From Heptranchias perlo (lineage: Eukaryota), in assembly GCF_035084215.1 (NCBI RefSeq), contig NC_090367.1, positions 8,124,001 to 8,188,000 of the forward strand: a stretch of 64,000 nt of DNA. Direction: 5' to 3'. Under the pieces are notes generated by a model. The model was not told the origin of the DNA. It made no database searches and saw nothing but the letters and a program-made list of their open reading frames with translations. The position numbers were made by a program, and so were the translations under genes. Positions 11,808-23,970 of this stretch are shown here, in pieces (within the stretch, counting starts at the first letter, position 1; every line of letters starts with the position of its first letter).

Positions 11808-12117
11808 TAAAAAGCACAATGGCCTCTTTCCAAGGTGGAATAGTATAAGGTTGGTCTCGCCTTCCCCATGGAACGACATCCCAGCAAGGAATGATCGACA
11901 GATCGGGAAAATTTGCAGGGCTATGGGACTAATTGGACAGCTCTTTCAAAGAGCCGGCACAGGCACGATGGGCCGAATAGCCTCCTTCTGCGTTGTATCA
12001 TTCCAGGAGAGGGCAGAAAATTGAACGAAAGATTGCCAGCGAGAATGAGAAAAAAAACCCTGTAAATCACACAAGGAAGCCCTTTGTTTTTTTTTAAATA
12101 ATTGCACTTAAACATCT

Positions 12118-12123
12118 TTTATT
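12118..12123 (-). promoter_or_regulatory. Probable distal polyadenylation signal (AATAAA) of ATG2A
   Basis: AATAAA on the - strand, preceded by TGTA and A/T-rich sequence and followed by a GU/U-rich tract; implies a ~4.8 kb 3' UTR. An alternative proximal AATAAA lies at 16522-16527. Confidence 0.6.
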
Positions 12124-13639
12124 ATTACATAAATTGTGTGTTCTTTTATATAATTTTTTACACAAGTGTCTGAACACAGATTAACACTCATATTACACAG
12201 GTGGATGGGGGGGGGGGAGGGGGGTCAGCACTCACACACATTTACACACACAGCGTGTCGATGGTGTGCAAGTGAACAACAGAGACATCTCGCACGCCCA
12301 CACAAGCATCTACTGTACAGCCAGGCCTGATACATCCTTTGTAAGACAAAGAGACGGCTAAGCCGTTTGATCTTCGCGTTCCTCCCCTCCCTTACCCCAC
12401 CGCCCCGACTCAGACGGGCTCGCTGGCACCTCACCCCGAGTGCCCGCTCTGCACCCGCCAGCCCGGAGGGACGAGCGGCGCCGGGCTATTCGCCCACAGG
12501 CGGCATCACAGCCACGCCCGGTCCCAACCTCGCCCGATGACTCGCTCAGGCACATTTTCCAGTGATCGGGAGCTGATTCCCCCTTTCTCACACCCCCAAC
12601 CCCACCCCTCCCCTCACCCTTACCCTTACCCCCCCTTCCCAAATCCCTAACAGGTGGTCGGTGCGGATAATCCTAGCTCCCGAGAGCCGCCCCTGGTTAA
12701 GATTAGTAAACTCGGCACAGGTTGAGGCTGGGATCTGTGCCGAGCTTGGGGGGACACCTACATCTAGGTGGTTATGACGAGCACTTGTTACAACCGTTCC
12801 CGGTCATCGATAACGCTGGTAAGATTTGAATTTAGTCGCTGAATACTTAGCAGTTATACAGTCCGCGTGAGACCTAACTTCAAGTCAGGGACACGAGGCA
12901 GGAGATTTCCTGTGTGTGTGTGTGTGTGTCAGTGTAACCGAAACTGGAAACGCACAATAGACAGAATGGATTTTGCTGCACTAAGTGCACAGAGGTCGTC
13001 CTGGCCTAGGGTCTCGTGTGTACGTGGGATCAGCATGTACCGGTTAGGTTTACTTTGTTTCAACTCCGCAGCTAAGCTCCACTTAAAAACGAATCACCCT
13101 TCCGTGCAAGAATAACGCAGTGCTGGAACCAGCAGGGCGCGGACCCCAGGCGCTGCCCCAAACCAGTCACACGCACAGGCCCCAGACTCTGCTCAAAGCC
13201 GGTCGCCAGATCTCGCTGTCGGTGGAACGAACCGTCAAAGATCCTCGCCGCTGAATGACCATGTGGGGACGAGATGTTTTGCGACAACCCCCCCACCCCG
13301 CACAAAAAAAAAATGGGTGCTCGTTACGTAAGCTTCAGCCATATATTCCCCTCCCACATTTACACCCATTCTGAAGGGGGCCCCGGTCCTGTTGGGAGGC
13401 GGCACTGCAGCGCCACCACTGGGTGGGAGGGTGTAATTACAGCGTGACAAGTTGACATAGGAAATTTCCATTATAAATGTAGACTAAGGAATTGATATTA
13501 GGGAAAGTGCACACAGAAGCAAGATATTTAATAGAATTAAGATAGTTCACACCACAACCATTCTGAACCGTCAGGCATTGAGTTCAGTAACCAGTGAGTG
13601 TTGTCACCAAACTTACATGTTAAAAATTCTCTCTCTCGC

Positions 13640-13671
<32 letters not shown>

Positions 13672-13999
13672 TATATATTTCAATTAAAAATCTCAAAACT
13701 TCTTCCATACATGCAGAATAAAAGAACTCACCAAGAAAACTGGAACTAGCGGGTATAATTCACTCTCTGGCTTTCTCATATAGCTCCAGATTTTATGTCG
13801 GTTAATGTAGAAATTAATTTTAAAAATGCAAATTTATGGGGTACTAACATTCAGGCTGCTTAATATTTTTTTTTGCATTTTATAGCATGCCACTCTATTT
13901 TTGATTCTAACTCTTCCCCCCCCCCCCCCCACCCCCACAGTTACTTTAGTTCAAAATTGTCCCTAACCTTTCTGAAATTTGGGACAGTTTCTACACCAA

Positions 14000-14470
14000 T
14001 AATAACCTGCATTTATATAGTGCCTTTACCGTCCCAAGGCGCTTCACAGGAGCGATTATCAGACAAAATTTGACACCGAGCCACATAAGGAGATATTAGG
14101 ACAGGCGACCAAAAGCTTGGTCAGAGAGGTAGGTTTTAAGGAGCGTCTTAAAGGAGGAGAGAGAGGCGGAGAGGGAATTCCAGAGCTTCGGGCCGAGGCA
14201 GCTGAAGGCACGGCCGCCAATGGCGGGGGGATGGGAGTGGGGGATGTGCAAGAGGCCAGAATTGGAGGAACGCAGAAATCTCGGAGGGTTGTAGGGGCTG
14301 GAGGAGGTTACAGAGATAGGGAGGGGGGCGAGGGCCATGGAGGGATTTGAGAACCAGGATGAGAGTTTTTAAAATCGAGGCTTTGCCGGATTGGGAGCCA
14401 ATGTAGGTCAGCGAGCACAGTGGGTGATGGGTGAACGGGACTTGGTGCGAGTTGGGATACAGGCAGCATA
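14000..14470 (-). mobile_element. L2-clade LINE 3' fragment inside the putative ATG2A 3' UTR
   Basis: LADLHWLP...GRAFSCLGPKLWNSL...FKTLLKTYL. Confidence 0.75.
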
Positions 14471-16619
14471 CCTAGATTGCATGTACACCACCCTCGTGAC
14501 CGGGCCTCGAGTGACATCCCCGTGCCGTCACTCATTCACCGGCAAGCAGGGCCTATTTTTGCCGGCGGGAGAGCCTGCACCGCCTCCGGTAACTTGTCCC
14601 GAGTGCCCGTTCGTCAGACGCAGGCGAAGGCGGCTGCCCGGTTCTTCCACCAGGGAGGGCATCGCAGCCCAGTCCTGACTGGCTGCCCGGCGGATCGGGA
14701 GTGGGGGAGATCCAGCTGCTTTCGGTTTTCGAGATCGGCAGACTCAGCGCGGAGTGGGTCGGCAACCAGGGTGTTTCCAAATCTGGGTTTCCCTCCCTCC
14801 GCACCCCCCCAGATCCCAGTGTGGGGACGCTCATCGTAAATCAGTAATATAAACACCTCCCCCGTCCATTATAAAATTCAATGTATTCTTACCTACCCGC
14901 GATGGCTCAGGACACTAGCTGCTGGGGCAATGATCTGGGGCAGCCTGTACTCCAACGGAGCTCCTCCGATCGATAAGATTGTTCTGACCTCTGTTTCTGG
15001 AGGAACTGCACACACTCCATTGTACCTGTCACAACTCACATCTCCGTCAATGGCATCCTGTTGCCTTTTAGTTACTGTCTCAAAGTGAGCTGTGCCCAGG
15101 GTACTTTGGTGGGGGGTGGGGATATTTTAATGGTTAATGAGGGAATTTCACTTCCTCCCTCCCCCCTCATCACCCCATGAAGTTATCTCCCCCTGTTCTA
15201 TGCATCTCTGAGCCCACTCCATGCCCCAACTTAGTAAGCGGACGGCTAACCTGCCCCCTCCCTCAGATGGACAGACAGCTCCCCTGGTTTTAAACTCCCG
15301 CCCTGCAGGAAGTGCTCAGACTCCACAAGGCCTCTCCGAGTACAGCGGGAATAACACAGTAGGCGGAGGAACACTGGCATCCTCTGGCTCCGCGCCCCAG
15401 TGCAATGGGGGAGCGATACCTCCAGGGCGTCGGCCTGCACTATCTTGAGTTACCTCTCACCTGAGTCCTGAGAGACTGCCAGCCCCCCAGGCATCAGCGA
15501 ACGAGACATTCAGCAGTACGGCGGGACTGAGCGTCTGCTTTTAGCCAGCGCCTCCGAGGGGATTACTCCCGACGCTGGTCCGTAATTGCTCCCGCTCCGC
15601 TGTTCAGTTAATCTCCAGATTTTGCCCTCTTGAAGCCCCAGATTTGGGGGGGGGGGGGGGGGGGAGGGAGGAAGGTGGGGGGGGGGGGGGGGGTGGTCAC
15701 AGACCCGCTGCACACACAGCCCTCACCCAAGAGGACCGTCCTTTAAGTGCGAGGCAAGGCGGACGATCTTCAGTGGGCTATTCCACTGCAGTGGGCATCA
15801 CACTTTACCCCTCCACCCCCCGATCTCGACACAGCGTTGGGATATCCGGAGCCGGGTGTGGAAGGGGGAGGGGCTTCAGGATATCGTCCACGGGCTGGAT
15901 CTCCACAGGGATGCGGTCAGTGGTTCCAAGTCCTGGTCACAGCGACTTTTCCCCCTGGTCAAGGGGGGTATTCAGCATTCAAAGTTCCACCGGCACTCAG
16001 TGTCGGCGTTAAGATCTCCCAGGCAGCTACACAGCAAACCCGTCTCTCCACGCTGCCCCGACACTGAGCCTCCGCCCCCCCCGCCCCCCCCCCCCTCTAA
16101 GGGGGCATTTGTCAGGCATCGCCAGTCTGCCTTAATTTTCCCCGCACCAGCCTACTTTCCTTGGCAGGTCAGTGCCAATCTGGGGCAGTGGGTTCGGGTA
16201 GCAGTGCCAGCTCGAGAGGGCTCACAGAGGATTGTGAGGGGTGGGGACTCTGACACGGAGGGGACTCGAACCCGGGTACCTGAGGTGAACGACCCTCCGT
16301 CTGGAGCACCCAGTCTCCGTTCTGGCGACAGCCGACAGCACATTCCGAACCCACCGGTTTGACAATTGCCGGGATCGCTGCGGTATGCGACGGGGGATAC
16401 ATCCCTGCCATGAAAGCATCCGTTCGTAACCGTGGAGGCACGAGTCGAGTCCGCCCATTTTGCAACAAAGCCTTCTGACCGTTTCCTGAAGAAGATCGAT
16501 TCTCCGAAATTAGAACGAGATTTTATTTATTGGGGGGGGAAGGGGGCCAATCCCGAATGTTCCATTTTTTTTTTAAATGACAGGTTAACGCTGGTCCCCG
16601 CCACATTCGTACACACATG

Positions 16620-16650
<31 letters not shown>

Positions 16651-16914
16651 TCTGACAGACAAGGGTTCTGTGCAGCACAGAGATCGCATGGACTTCTCCG
16701 ACAAGGGATACCTGCTCTCGCTCCCAAGTCCTGCTCCGTCTGTCCCTCTGGTTCAGTCACTCTACATGAAGGGCTTTTGTTGGTGGTTGTTTTCGCTTTC
16801 GTCGTCGCTAATCTGAAATGCAGTTCGCTTGAACCCGACTGAAGTGGATGGCACTTTCCTTATTAATAATAATAATATAAAAAGAACGATAAATCAAACG
16901 GCGGAGATGGCTGG

Positions 16915-17151
16915 CTATTCCTGGGCTTCGTCCGTGCGCCACTTCAGGCAGTCTTCCTTGCGGGCGTCCGGCTTGATCTGGTTCCGCATGCCCCCGAGGA
17001 GGTTCGACGTGGCCTCCGTGGCCACGATCAGCGGCTTGACCACCGTGGGCGGGATTTGCCTCAGGACCCCGCCCACCGCCCCCGTGATGCCCTTCTGCTC
17101 GTGCCCGCGGGCGGCCACGTCGCAGATCGTCTGAGCGGTGTCGATGACGCC
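16915..17151 (-). CDS. ATG2A: ATG2A last coding exon (GVIDTAQTICDVAARGHEQKG...KWRTDEAQE*)
   Basis: 237 nt, acceptor AG at 17153-17152, TAG at 16917-16915; ATG2 C-terminal domain. Confidence 0.95.
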   Translation of the reverse strand, partial: GVIDTAQTICDVAARGHEQKGITGAVGGVLRQIPPTVVKPLIVATEATSNLLGGMRNQIKPDARKEDCLKWRTDEAQE

Positions 17152-17212
17152 CTGGAACGGAGAGAAGGGGGTGGGGGGGGAGGCGAAAGGTTAGCGATCA
17201 GCTCGGCTAATA

Positions 17213-17780
17213 TAGGAACAGGAGGAGGCCATTCAGCCCCTCGAGCCTGTTCCGCCATTCAATTAGATCGTGGCTGATCTGTATCTTAACTCCATCTACC
17301 CGCCTTGGTTCCGTGACCCTTAATCCCCTCACCCAATAAAAATCGACCAATCTCAGTCTTGAAATTTTCAATTGACCCCCGGCCTCGACAGCTTTTTGGG
17401 GGAGAGAGTTCCAGATTCCCACTCCCCTTTGTGTGAAGAAACGCTTCCTGACATCACCCCTGAACGGCCTGGCTCTAATTTTAAGGTTCTGCCCCCTTGT
17501 TCTGGACTCCCCCCACCAGAGGAAATAGTTTCTCTCTATCGACCCTATCAAATCCTTTAATCATCTTAAACACCTCAATTCGATCACCCCTTAATCTTCT
17601 GCACTCGAGGGAATACAAGCCTCGTCTCTGCAACCTGTCCTCGTAATTTAACCCTTTTAACCCCGGTAACATTCTGGTGAATCTGCGCTGCACCCCCTCC
17701 AAGGCCGATATATCCTTCCTGAGGGGACGGTGCCCAGAACTGAACGCAGTATCTCCAGATGGGGTCTGATCAGAGCCTGT
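17213..17780 (-). mobile_element. CR1 LINE 3' fragment
   Basis: LEGVQRRFTRMLPGL...RRLRGDRIEVFKMIKGFDRV...FFTQRGVGIWNSLP; terminal GGCTCGAGGGGCTGAATGGCCTCCTCCTGTTCCT. Confidence 0.85.
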
Positions 17781-18116
17781 ATCTCTCTCCTGAGGTGGAA
17801 GGTCGCGGGTTTGAGCCCCGCTCCAGAGACTCCAGCCCACAATCCAGGCTGACACTCTAGTGCAGTACTGAGGGAGCGCTGCAATGTTGGAGATGCCGTC
17901 TTTCCGCTGAGACGCTAAGCCAATGTTAGCAGTGCTGTTATAAATCCAGTGAGTGCTTGCCTGTGGAGGCAGCGAGCTCCCTGCCCCCACCCTCCCCCCC
18001 CCCACCCCGAGGCAAACGGCCATCACCAGCAGGGTCAAAGGTTACTAGTCCGCCATGTTGTTGAAGCCGTGGCAGGTAGACCTCAACCTGACCGTCCGGG
18101 CCAACAGTGGGAGGCT

Positions 18117-18539
18117 TGTCAGCTTGGCTCAGTTGGTAGGTAACACTCTCGTGTCCGAGTCAGGAGGTCGCGGGTTCGAGCCCCACTCCAGAGACTCGAG
18201 CCCCATAATCCAAGCCGACACACCCAGTGCCGGTACTGAGGGAGTGCCGCACTGTCGGAGGGGCCGTCTTTCGGATGTGACGTTAAAACCGAGGTGGACG
18301 TAAAAGGTCACACGCCCACCATTGGAAGAAAAGCAGGGGGGGAGTTCTCCCCGGTGTCTTGGGGCCAATATTTATCCCTCAACCAACATCTAAAAACAGA
18401 TTATCTGGTCAGTGCTGTCTGTGGGAGCTTACTGTGTGCAAACTGGTTTCCCAACAGTGACTGTACTTCAAATGTAATTAATTGGCTGCGACATGCTTTG
18501 GGAATGTGATAAGATGCGATTTAAATGCAAGTTCTTTCT
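18117..18539 (+). mobile_element. DeuSINE copy
   Basis: Head GGCTCAGTTGGTAG...GGTTCGAGCCCC, core and tail. Confidence 0.8.
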
Positions 18540-18648
18540 ACCTTAATTGGCGAATAAAAGATGTTTGGAAAGTGTGTTTGCAAAGGCCTTCACAGAGCTG
18601 TGCCCCACCCACCCAGACACACCCACGCACCCCTTCACTGCACGTTAC

Positions 18649-18801
18649 CTCTCGGACGGTGTCGTAGGCTTTGGCAACTCCCTCGCGCAGATCCGCAGGC
18701 TGCTGTACCCGCTTGTACTTCTTCAGGTACTGTCTGTCCATGATCGCCTTGGTTACCGGTGGCGTTGGAGACAAGATGTCGTAGACAGTCTCCGCAGTGG
18801 C
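18649..18801 (-). CDS. ATG2A: ATG2A exon (ATAETVYDILSP...QPADLREGVAKAYDTVRE)
   Basis: 153 nt, phase 0/0, AG/GT flanks; conserved QPADLREG motif. Confidence 0.95.
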
Positions 18802-19266
18802 CTGTCGGCAAAGGCAGCGAGTGAGACCCGTCGGGACGGGGGCCCGGAGCCCTGTCGTCCGAATTACCCACGTCGGACGCAGCCTGACTGCGGCTTTTCC
18901 AGTCATGACCCATTGTAGCTGAGGGGTCCGCCCCAGGTTAAAAACACGATCACGGCGCCTGTCACGTGGGCCCCGAGGGGATTGGCGAGTGACATTAAAG
19001 GGTCGTAGAACAGAAGGCCAATCGGCCTGTCGTCCCCGTGCCCTCTCTCTGAAAGAGCTCCCCATTCCCCTGCCCGCTTTTACATTTTCTTTATTCAGGT
19101 ATTTCTCCCCTTCCCTTTCAAAAGCTGCTGTGGGTTCCTCTTCCCTCACTGTTTCTGGTCGGACTGTCCATGTCCTAACAACCCTCTGCGTAAAAACATT
19201 CTACTAACCCTCTCCCCTTTGTTCTTTAGGTGATGATCTTAAACTGATCCCCTCCAGTTACCCAGT

Positions 19267-19535
19267 CGACACTCCCAGTGCCGGTACCGAGGGAGTGCTG
19301 CGCTGTCGGAGGCGCCGTCTTTCGGATGAGACGTTAAACCGAGGCCCTGTCTGCCCCTCTCAGGTGGATGTAAAAGATCCCACGGCCGCTATTGGAAGAA
19401 GAGCAGGGGGGAGTTCTCCCCGGTGTCCTGGGGCCAATATTTATCCCTCAACCAACATCACTAAAAAAACAGACGATCTGGTCATTTATCACATTGCTGT
19501 TTGTGGGCTCTTGCTGTGCGCAAACCGGCTGCCCC
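19267..19535 (+). mobile_element. DeuSINE copy (partial)
   Basis: Core similarity to the other copies. Confidence 0.8.
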
Positions 19536-20114
19536 GTTAAGTTACTATGGGAAATGCTCTTGGATCAGATAAAAATACATCGGACACACGACTGGATTAA
19601 AGGGTAAGGGGGCAGAAGCCAGGTGTCTGCACCCTCTCCTGACGGCACGTACCCTTTACTGGGGTACAGGCTCCAGCCAGTGCTCATCACCACTGCCTCA
19701 CCTGGGCGGCATTCTTCGTGCGTGAACCTACACAGTCGGGCTATTCGACCGCGGAGGGCGTCACAACCGATCCCTATCCTGCGCTCCCAGCCCGCCCCCG
19801 AAATCTGAACGCACTTTATGGGGTCACCGGGCATCGATCAGGAGCAGTAACCCTGCCTGGTTCCTCCCCCTCCCACGCCCCAGCCCCCAACCCAAGGGTG
19901 CCGAGTGCCATTATAAAACAGACCAGGAATCCGGGTCTGTGGGGCTCAGGACCACACTGGGTGTTGGAGTTTCCAAAAACTGGCCTCCAGGGGGGGGGAG
20001 GGAGCGACGTGTTAAATCATCAAAACAAGTGACTCCACCAATCAGCTATTCCCTCCCTCCTCCTCCTCCTCCCCCACTCCCCTTCCCTCCGCCGGACACC
20101 GCGCTGAGATTTAC

Positions 20115-20269
20115 CTGAATAGCCTGCACCAGTCTGTTACTCAGCTCCAGGGCGGCGGAGGCAGTGGAGGTCCCGAAGGAAGCAGCCCCCCGCTGCAGCC
20201 CACGGATGATCCGCCCGTCCTTCCGGTACTGTTCAATCGGCAGCCAGAAGAGATCCCTGAGACCGTGAA
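20115..20269 (-). CDS. ATG2A: ATG2A exon (HGLRDLFWLPIEQYRKDGRIIRGLQRGAASFGTSTASAALELSNRLVQAIQ)
   Basis: 155 nt, phase 1/0, AG/GT flanks; missed by the ORF track. Confidence 0.95.
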
Positions 20270-20637
20270 CTGGTTTGGGGGGCGGGGGGTGGGGAAAGAG
20301 AGGGAGAGCCAGAGAAGATAGTTAAGCACGGCAGTGCTGGCTGATACGGCAGGGGAGAAACGAGCAGCAGAGACTCCTGATTCAGAGGTAGAATCACACA
20401 GCACAGAAGGAGGCCATTCGGCCCATCGCTCCTGTGCCGGCACTTTGAAAGAGTTCTCCAATTGGTCCCACTCCCCCGCTCATTCCCCATAGCCCTGCCA
20501 ATTTCTCGTTTTGCGATAGATGCTGGGATAAGGATGCTGAGTCTACGAGCCAGGTTCTCAGCCCACTGACACTGGAGAGTGAACTCATCAGGCTGCCAGT
20601 CAGAACATGGTCCATTTCAGGTACACTGTGACAACAC

Positions 20638-21200
20638 CAAACACTCCCAGGGCAGGTACAGCACGGGTTAGATACAGAGTAAAGCTCCCTCTACACTGTC
20701 CCATCAAGCACTCCCAGGGCAGGTACAGCACGGGTTAGATACAGAGTAAAGCTCCCTCTACACTGTCCCATCAAGCACTCCCAGGGCAGGTACAGCACGG
20801 GTAAGATACAGAGTAAAGCTCCCTCTACACTGTCCCCATCAAACACTCCCAGGACAGGTACAGCACAGGTTAGATAGAGAGTAAAGCTCCCTCTACACTG
20901 TCCCATCAAACACTCCCAGGAGCAGGTACAGCACGGGTTAGATACAGAGTAAAGCTTCCTCTACACTGTCCCATCAAACACTCCCAGGGCAGGTACAGGG
21001 TTAGATACAGAGTAAAGCTCCCTCAACACTGTCCCATCAAACACTCCCAGGGCCGGTACATCACGGGTTAGATACAGAGTAAAGCTCCCTCTACACTGTC
21101 CCATCAAACACTCCCAGGAGCAGGTACAGCACGGGTTAGATACAGAGTAAAGCTCCCTCTACACTGTCCCCATCAAACACTCCCAGGGCAGGTACAGCAC
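20638..21200 (+). repeat. 63/67-bp minisatellite array
   Basis: Same unit as 4115-5921. Confidence 0.93.
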
Positions 21201-22000
21201 TGGACATAACCCCGCAAGAGCTGCCTTGATTAACTGAAGTGCAGGGAGAGTAAATTAACAGTGCTCCGAGATGGTGTGGGAGGTTATTAACTTGCCTACT
21301 TCCAGAACAGAATATCCTGAGGAACGTTCCCTCCAGGTTCCAGGGTTTTATACATTTTGGGGGTTTCCTAACTGGTCCCATGAATCGCACAGTGAAACAC
21401 TCAATATTTTAGGGAATTCTCATTTCCTTCCATTAATTAATGGAAACCCCCTTCCTTACCCTCTGGTAATGTGTCGTCGGGAGGGTTATTGAAATCCCTC
21501 ATTCTCACCTGCCTCCCCTTCACGCTAAATCCCATCCCCACCTCTCCTGATGACTCCGACGCTCGCTGTCGCGCGGACCCCACCGCACGTGGCAGTTCTC
21601 TGGCACCTCACGCGCAAGCCTCGTCATTGAGCGCTGGTGAGCTATTCGACTGCAGAGGGCCTCACCTGACGCCCTCACGCATGTACTTCCCAGCTGGTTG
21701 TGGGAGGGGGGGGGAGAAACGGGGCCAGCGCGCCCTCAGTAGCAGGAAGCCCGAGTCATGCGCGGGCCTTTCGCAACGGCCCGCCCTCACCCCGGCCGGG
21801 ATCGGCCAATTCGTTGCGGGCCGCGAAACGGGAACCCGGGGCCTCCCTGGTCTGCGGGGCGGGCGGACCGGCCGAGGCACCGGGTGGGGAGGGGGGGAAA
21901 GGAGCTCACTGCGAATCAGACGGCAATCGGGACACGGATCATCGCGTGGGAGACGGCGCACCCCTGGTTGAAACAGCCCCGCCGGGCACCGGATACTTAC

Positions 22001-22122
22001 ACAGCTGTACCACAGAGTGCATGGGTCCCACGCCGCCCAGAATGCCCGGCAGCTGGTTCTTCCTGATATCGTTCAGCCACTCGTTCAAGGCATAGTTGAT
22101 CACTTTGTCCACCCCTAGGAGC
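22001..22122 (-). CDS. ATG2A: ATG2A exon (LLGVDKVINYALNEWLNDIRKNQLPGILGGVGPMHSVVQL)
   Basis: 122 nt, phase 2/1, AG/GT flanks. Confidence 0.95.
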
Positions 22123-22219
22123 CTGTAAAAACGACAATCACTGCCACAGTTATTTTATTCAGAGTGAGAATCGACACCACTGCGTCAGTCTTTGAGTGGG
22201 AGGCGGGTCGGAATTCACA

Positions 22220-22523
22220 ACAGAGTCTCTGTGAACTGCAGCAAACAGAGTCTCTGTGAACTGCAGCAAACAGAGTCTCTGTGAACTGCAGCAAACAGAG
22301 TCTCTGTGAACTGCAGCAAACAGAGTCTCTGTGAACTGCAGCAAACAGAGTCTCTGTGAACTGCAGCAAACAGAGTCTCTGTGAACTGCAGCAAACAGAG
22401 TCTCTGTGAACTGCAGCAAACAGAGTCTCTGTGAACTGCAGCAAACAGAGTCTCTGTGAACTGCAGCAAACAGAGTCTCTGTGAACTGCAGCAAACAGAG
22501 TCTCTGTGAACTGCAGCAAACAG
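22220..22523 (+). repeat. 25-bp homogeneous minisatellite (~12 identical copies)
   Basis: Unit ACAGAGTCTCTGTGAACTGCAGCAA. Confidence 0.95.
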
Positions 22524-22767
22524 GACTCATGTCCGAAACTACAGCAAAGTCTCAGCAAAAGATAAAAGCAGGATTATTTCTCCAGCAAATTGCAGTGAGG
22601 GGAGGATAGTTACATATTACAAATTATGTGCGTAAAATCAATCCCAGTCACTTACAGCAGTGCGGTCTCCAGCCGTGATTTGATGAAGGAATGACCCAAT
22701 CATCTCCATTCTGGCCGGGACTTGCGATGTCACTATATGCAGCCTATTTTATTACACATAACGTCAG

Positions 22768-23195
22768 TAATGTGGAGAGACTGGAGAAGCTGGGATTGTT
22801 CTCCTTAGAGCAGAGAAGGTTAAGGGGAGATTTAATCGAGGTGTTCAAAATCATGAGGGGTTTTGATAGAGTAAATAAGGAGAAACTGTTTCCAGTGGCA
22901 GGAGGATCGGTGACCAGAGGACACAGATTTAAGATAATTGGTGAAAGAACCAGAGGGGAGATGAGGAAAAGTTTTTTGAGTTGTGATGATCTGGAATGCG
23001 CTGCCTGAAAGGGCGATGGAAGCAGATTCAATAATAACTTTCAAAAGGGAATTGGATAAATAATTGAAAAGGGAAAACATTTGCAGGGCTACGGGGAAAG
23101 AGCGGGGGGGGAGGGGAACTAATTGGATAGCTCTTTCAGAGAGCTGGCACAAGAGCGATGGGCCAAATGGCCTCCTTCTGTGCTATATGACTCTA
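22768..23195 (+). mobile_element. CR1 LINE 3' fragment
   Basis: LEKLGLFSLEQRRLRGDLIEVFKIMRGFDRV. Confidence 0.85.
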
Positions 23196-23660
23196 TGGTT
23201 AGAACAATGCAGCATTGATTATGTGGTGCCCACAGGCTTTGAAAATAGGGGCTCATTGTTGGAAGCAGAATAGCTGTCCCCGTTGCTGCTCGTGTGTCCA
23301 GATAGCTTTGCACAATAACCACACTGTGACCTGTTTCTCTGCCTTAGAACAGTGCGAGAGCAAACACCAACAAAGATGCCCTTTTGCCTGGTGTTGGCTT
23401 TGACACAGAGTCGGAGAGAAATGTTTCTTAGATTGTCTGCACTGACATTTCATTAGTTACGTAACAATTTGCTTTTTGGAGAGGCAAGGAGCACGCAGTC
23501 CCTGATGTTAAGCACAGCTCACTGCCCACGGACACTCAACCCCTTTCTGGAAAATGAGCAGGCTTGCATTTCTGTCAGTGAATGTTTCTGCTACTTACAG
23601 TGTGGGATGTCAGTGCTTTGGAATGAGACACTGTCCAGTTCAGGCACCCAGTGTCAGTGG

Positions 23661-23970
23661 CAAACACTCCCAGGGCGGGTAAGGCATGGGTTTGATACAG
23701 AGTAAAGCTCCCTCTACACTGTCCCATCACACACTCCCAGGGCAGCTACAGGGTTAGATATAGAGTAAAGCTCCCTCTACACTGTCCCATCAAACACTCC
23801 TAGGGCAGGGACAGCACGGGTTAGATACAGAGTAAAGCTCCCTCTACACTGTCCCATCAAACACTCCCAGGGCAGGGACAGCACGGGTTAGATACAGAGT
23901 AAAGCTCCCTCTACACTGTCCCATCAAACACTCCCAGGACAGGTACAGCACGGGTTAGATACAGAGTAAA
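23661..23970 (+). repeat. 63/67-bp minisatellite array
   Basis: Same unit. Confidence 0.93.

Noticed and set aside
22220..22523. CRISPR-like array (also 55700-56601 and 7119-8320)
   Set aside because: Units are directly adjacent with no unique spacers; no cas genes; vertebrate intron context.
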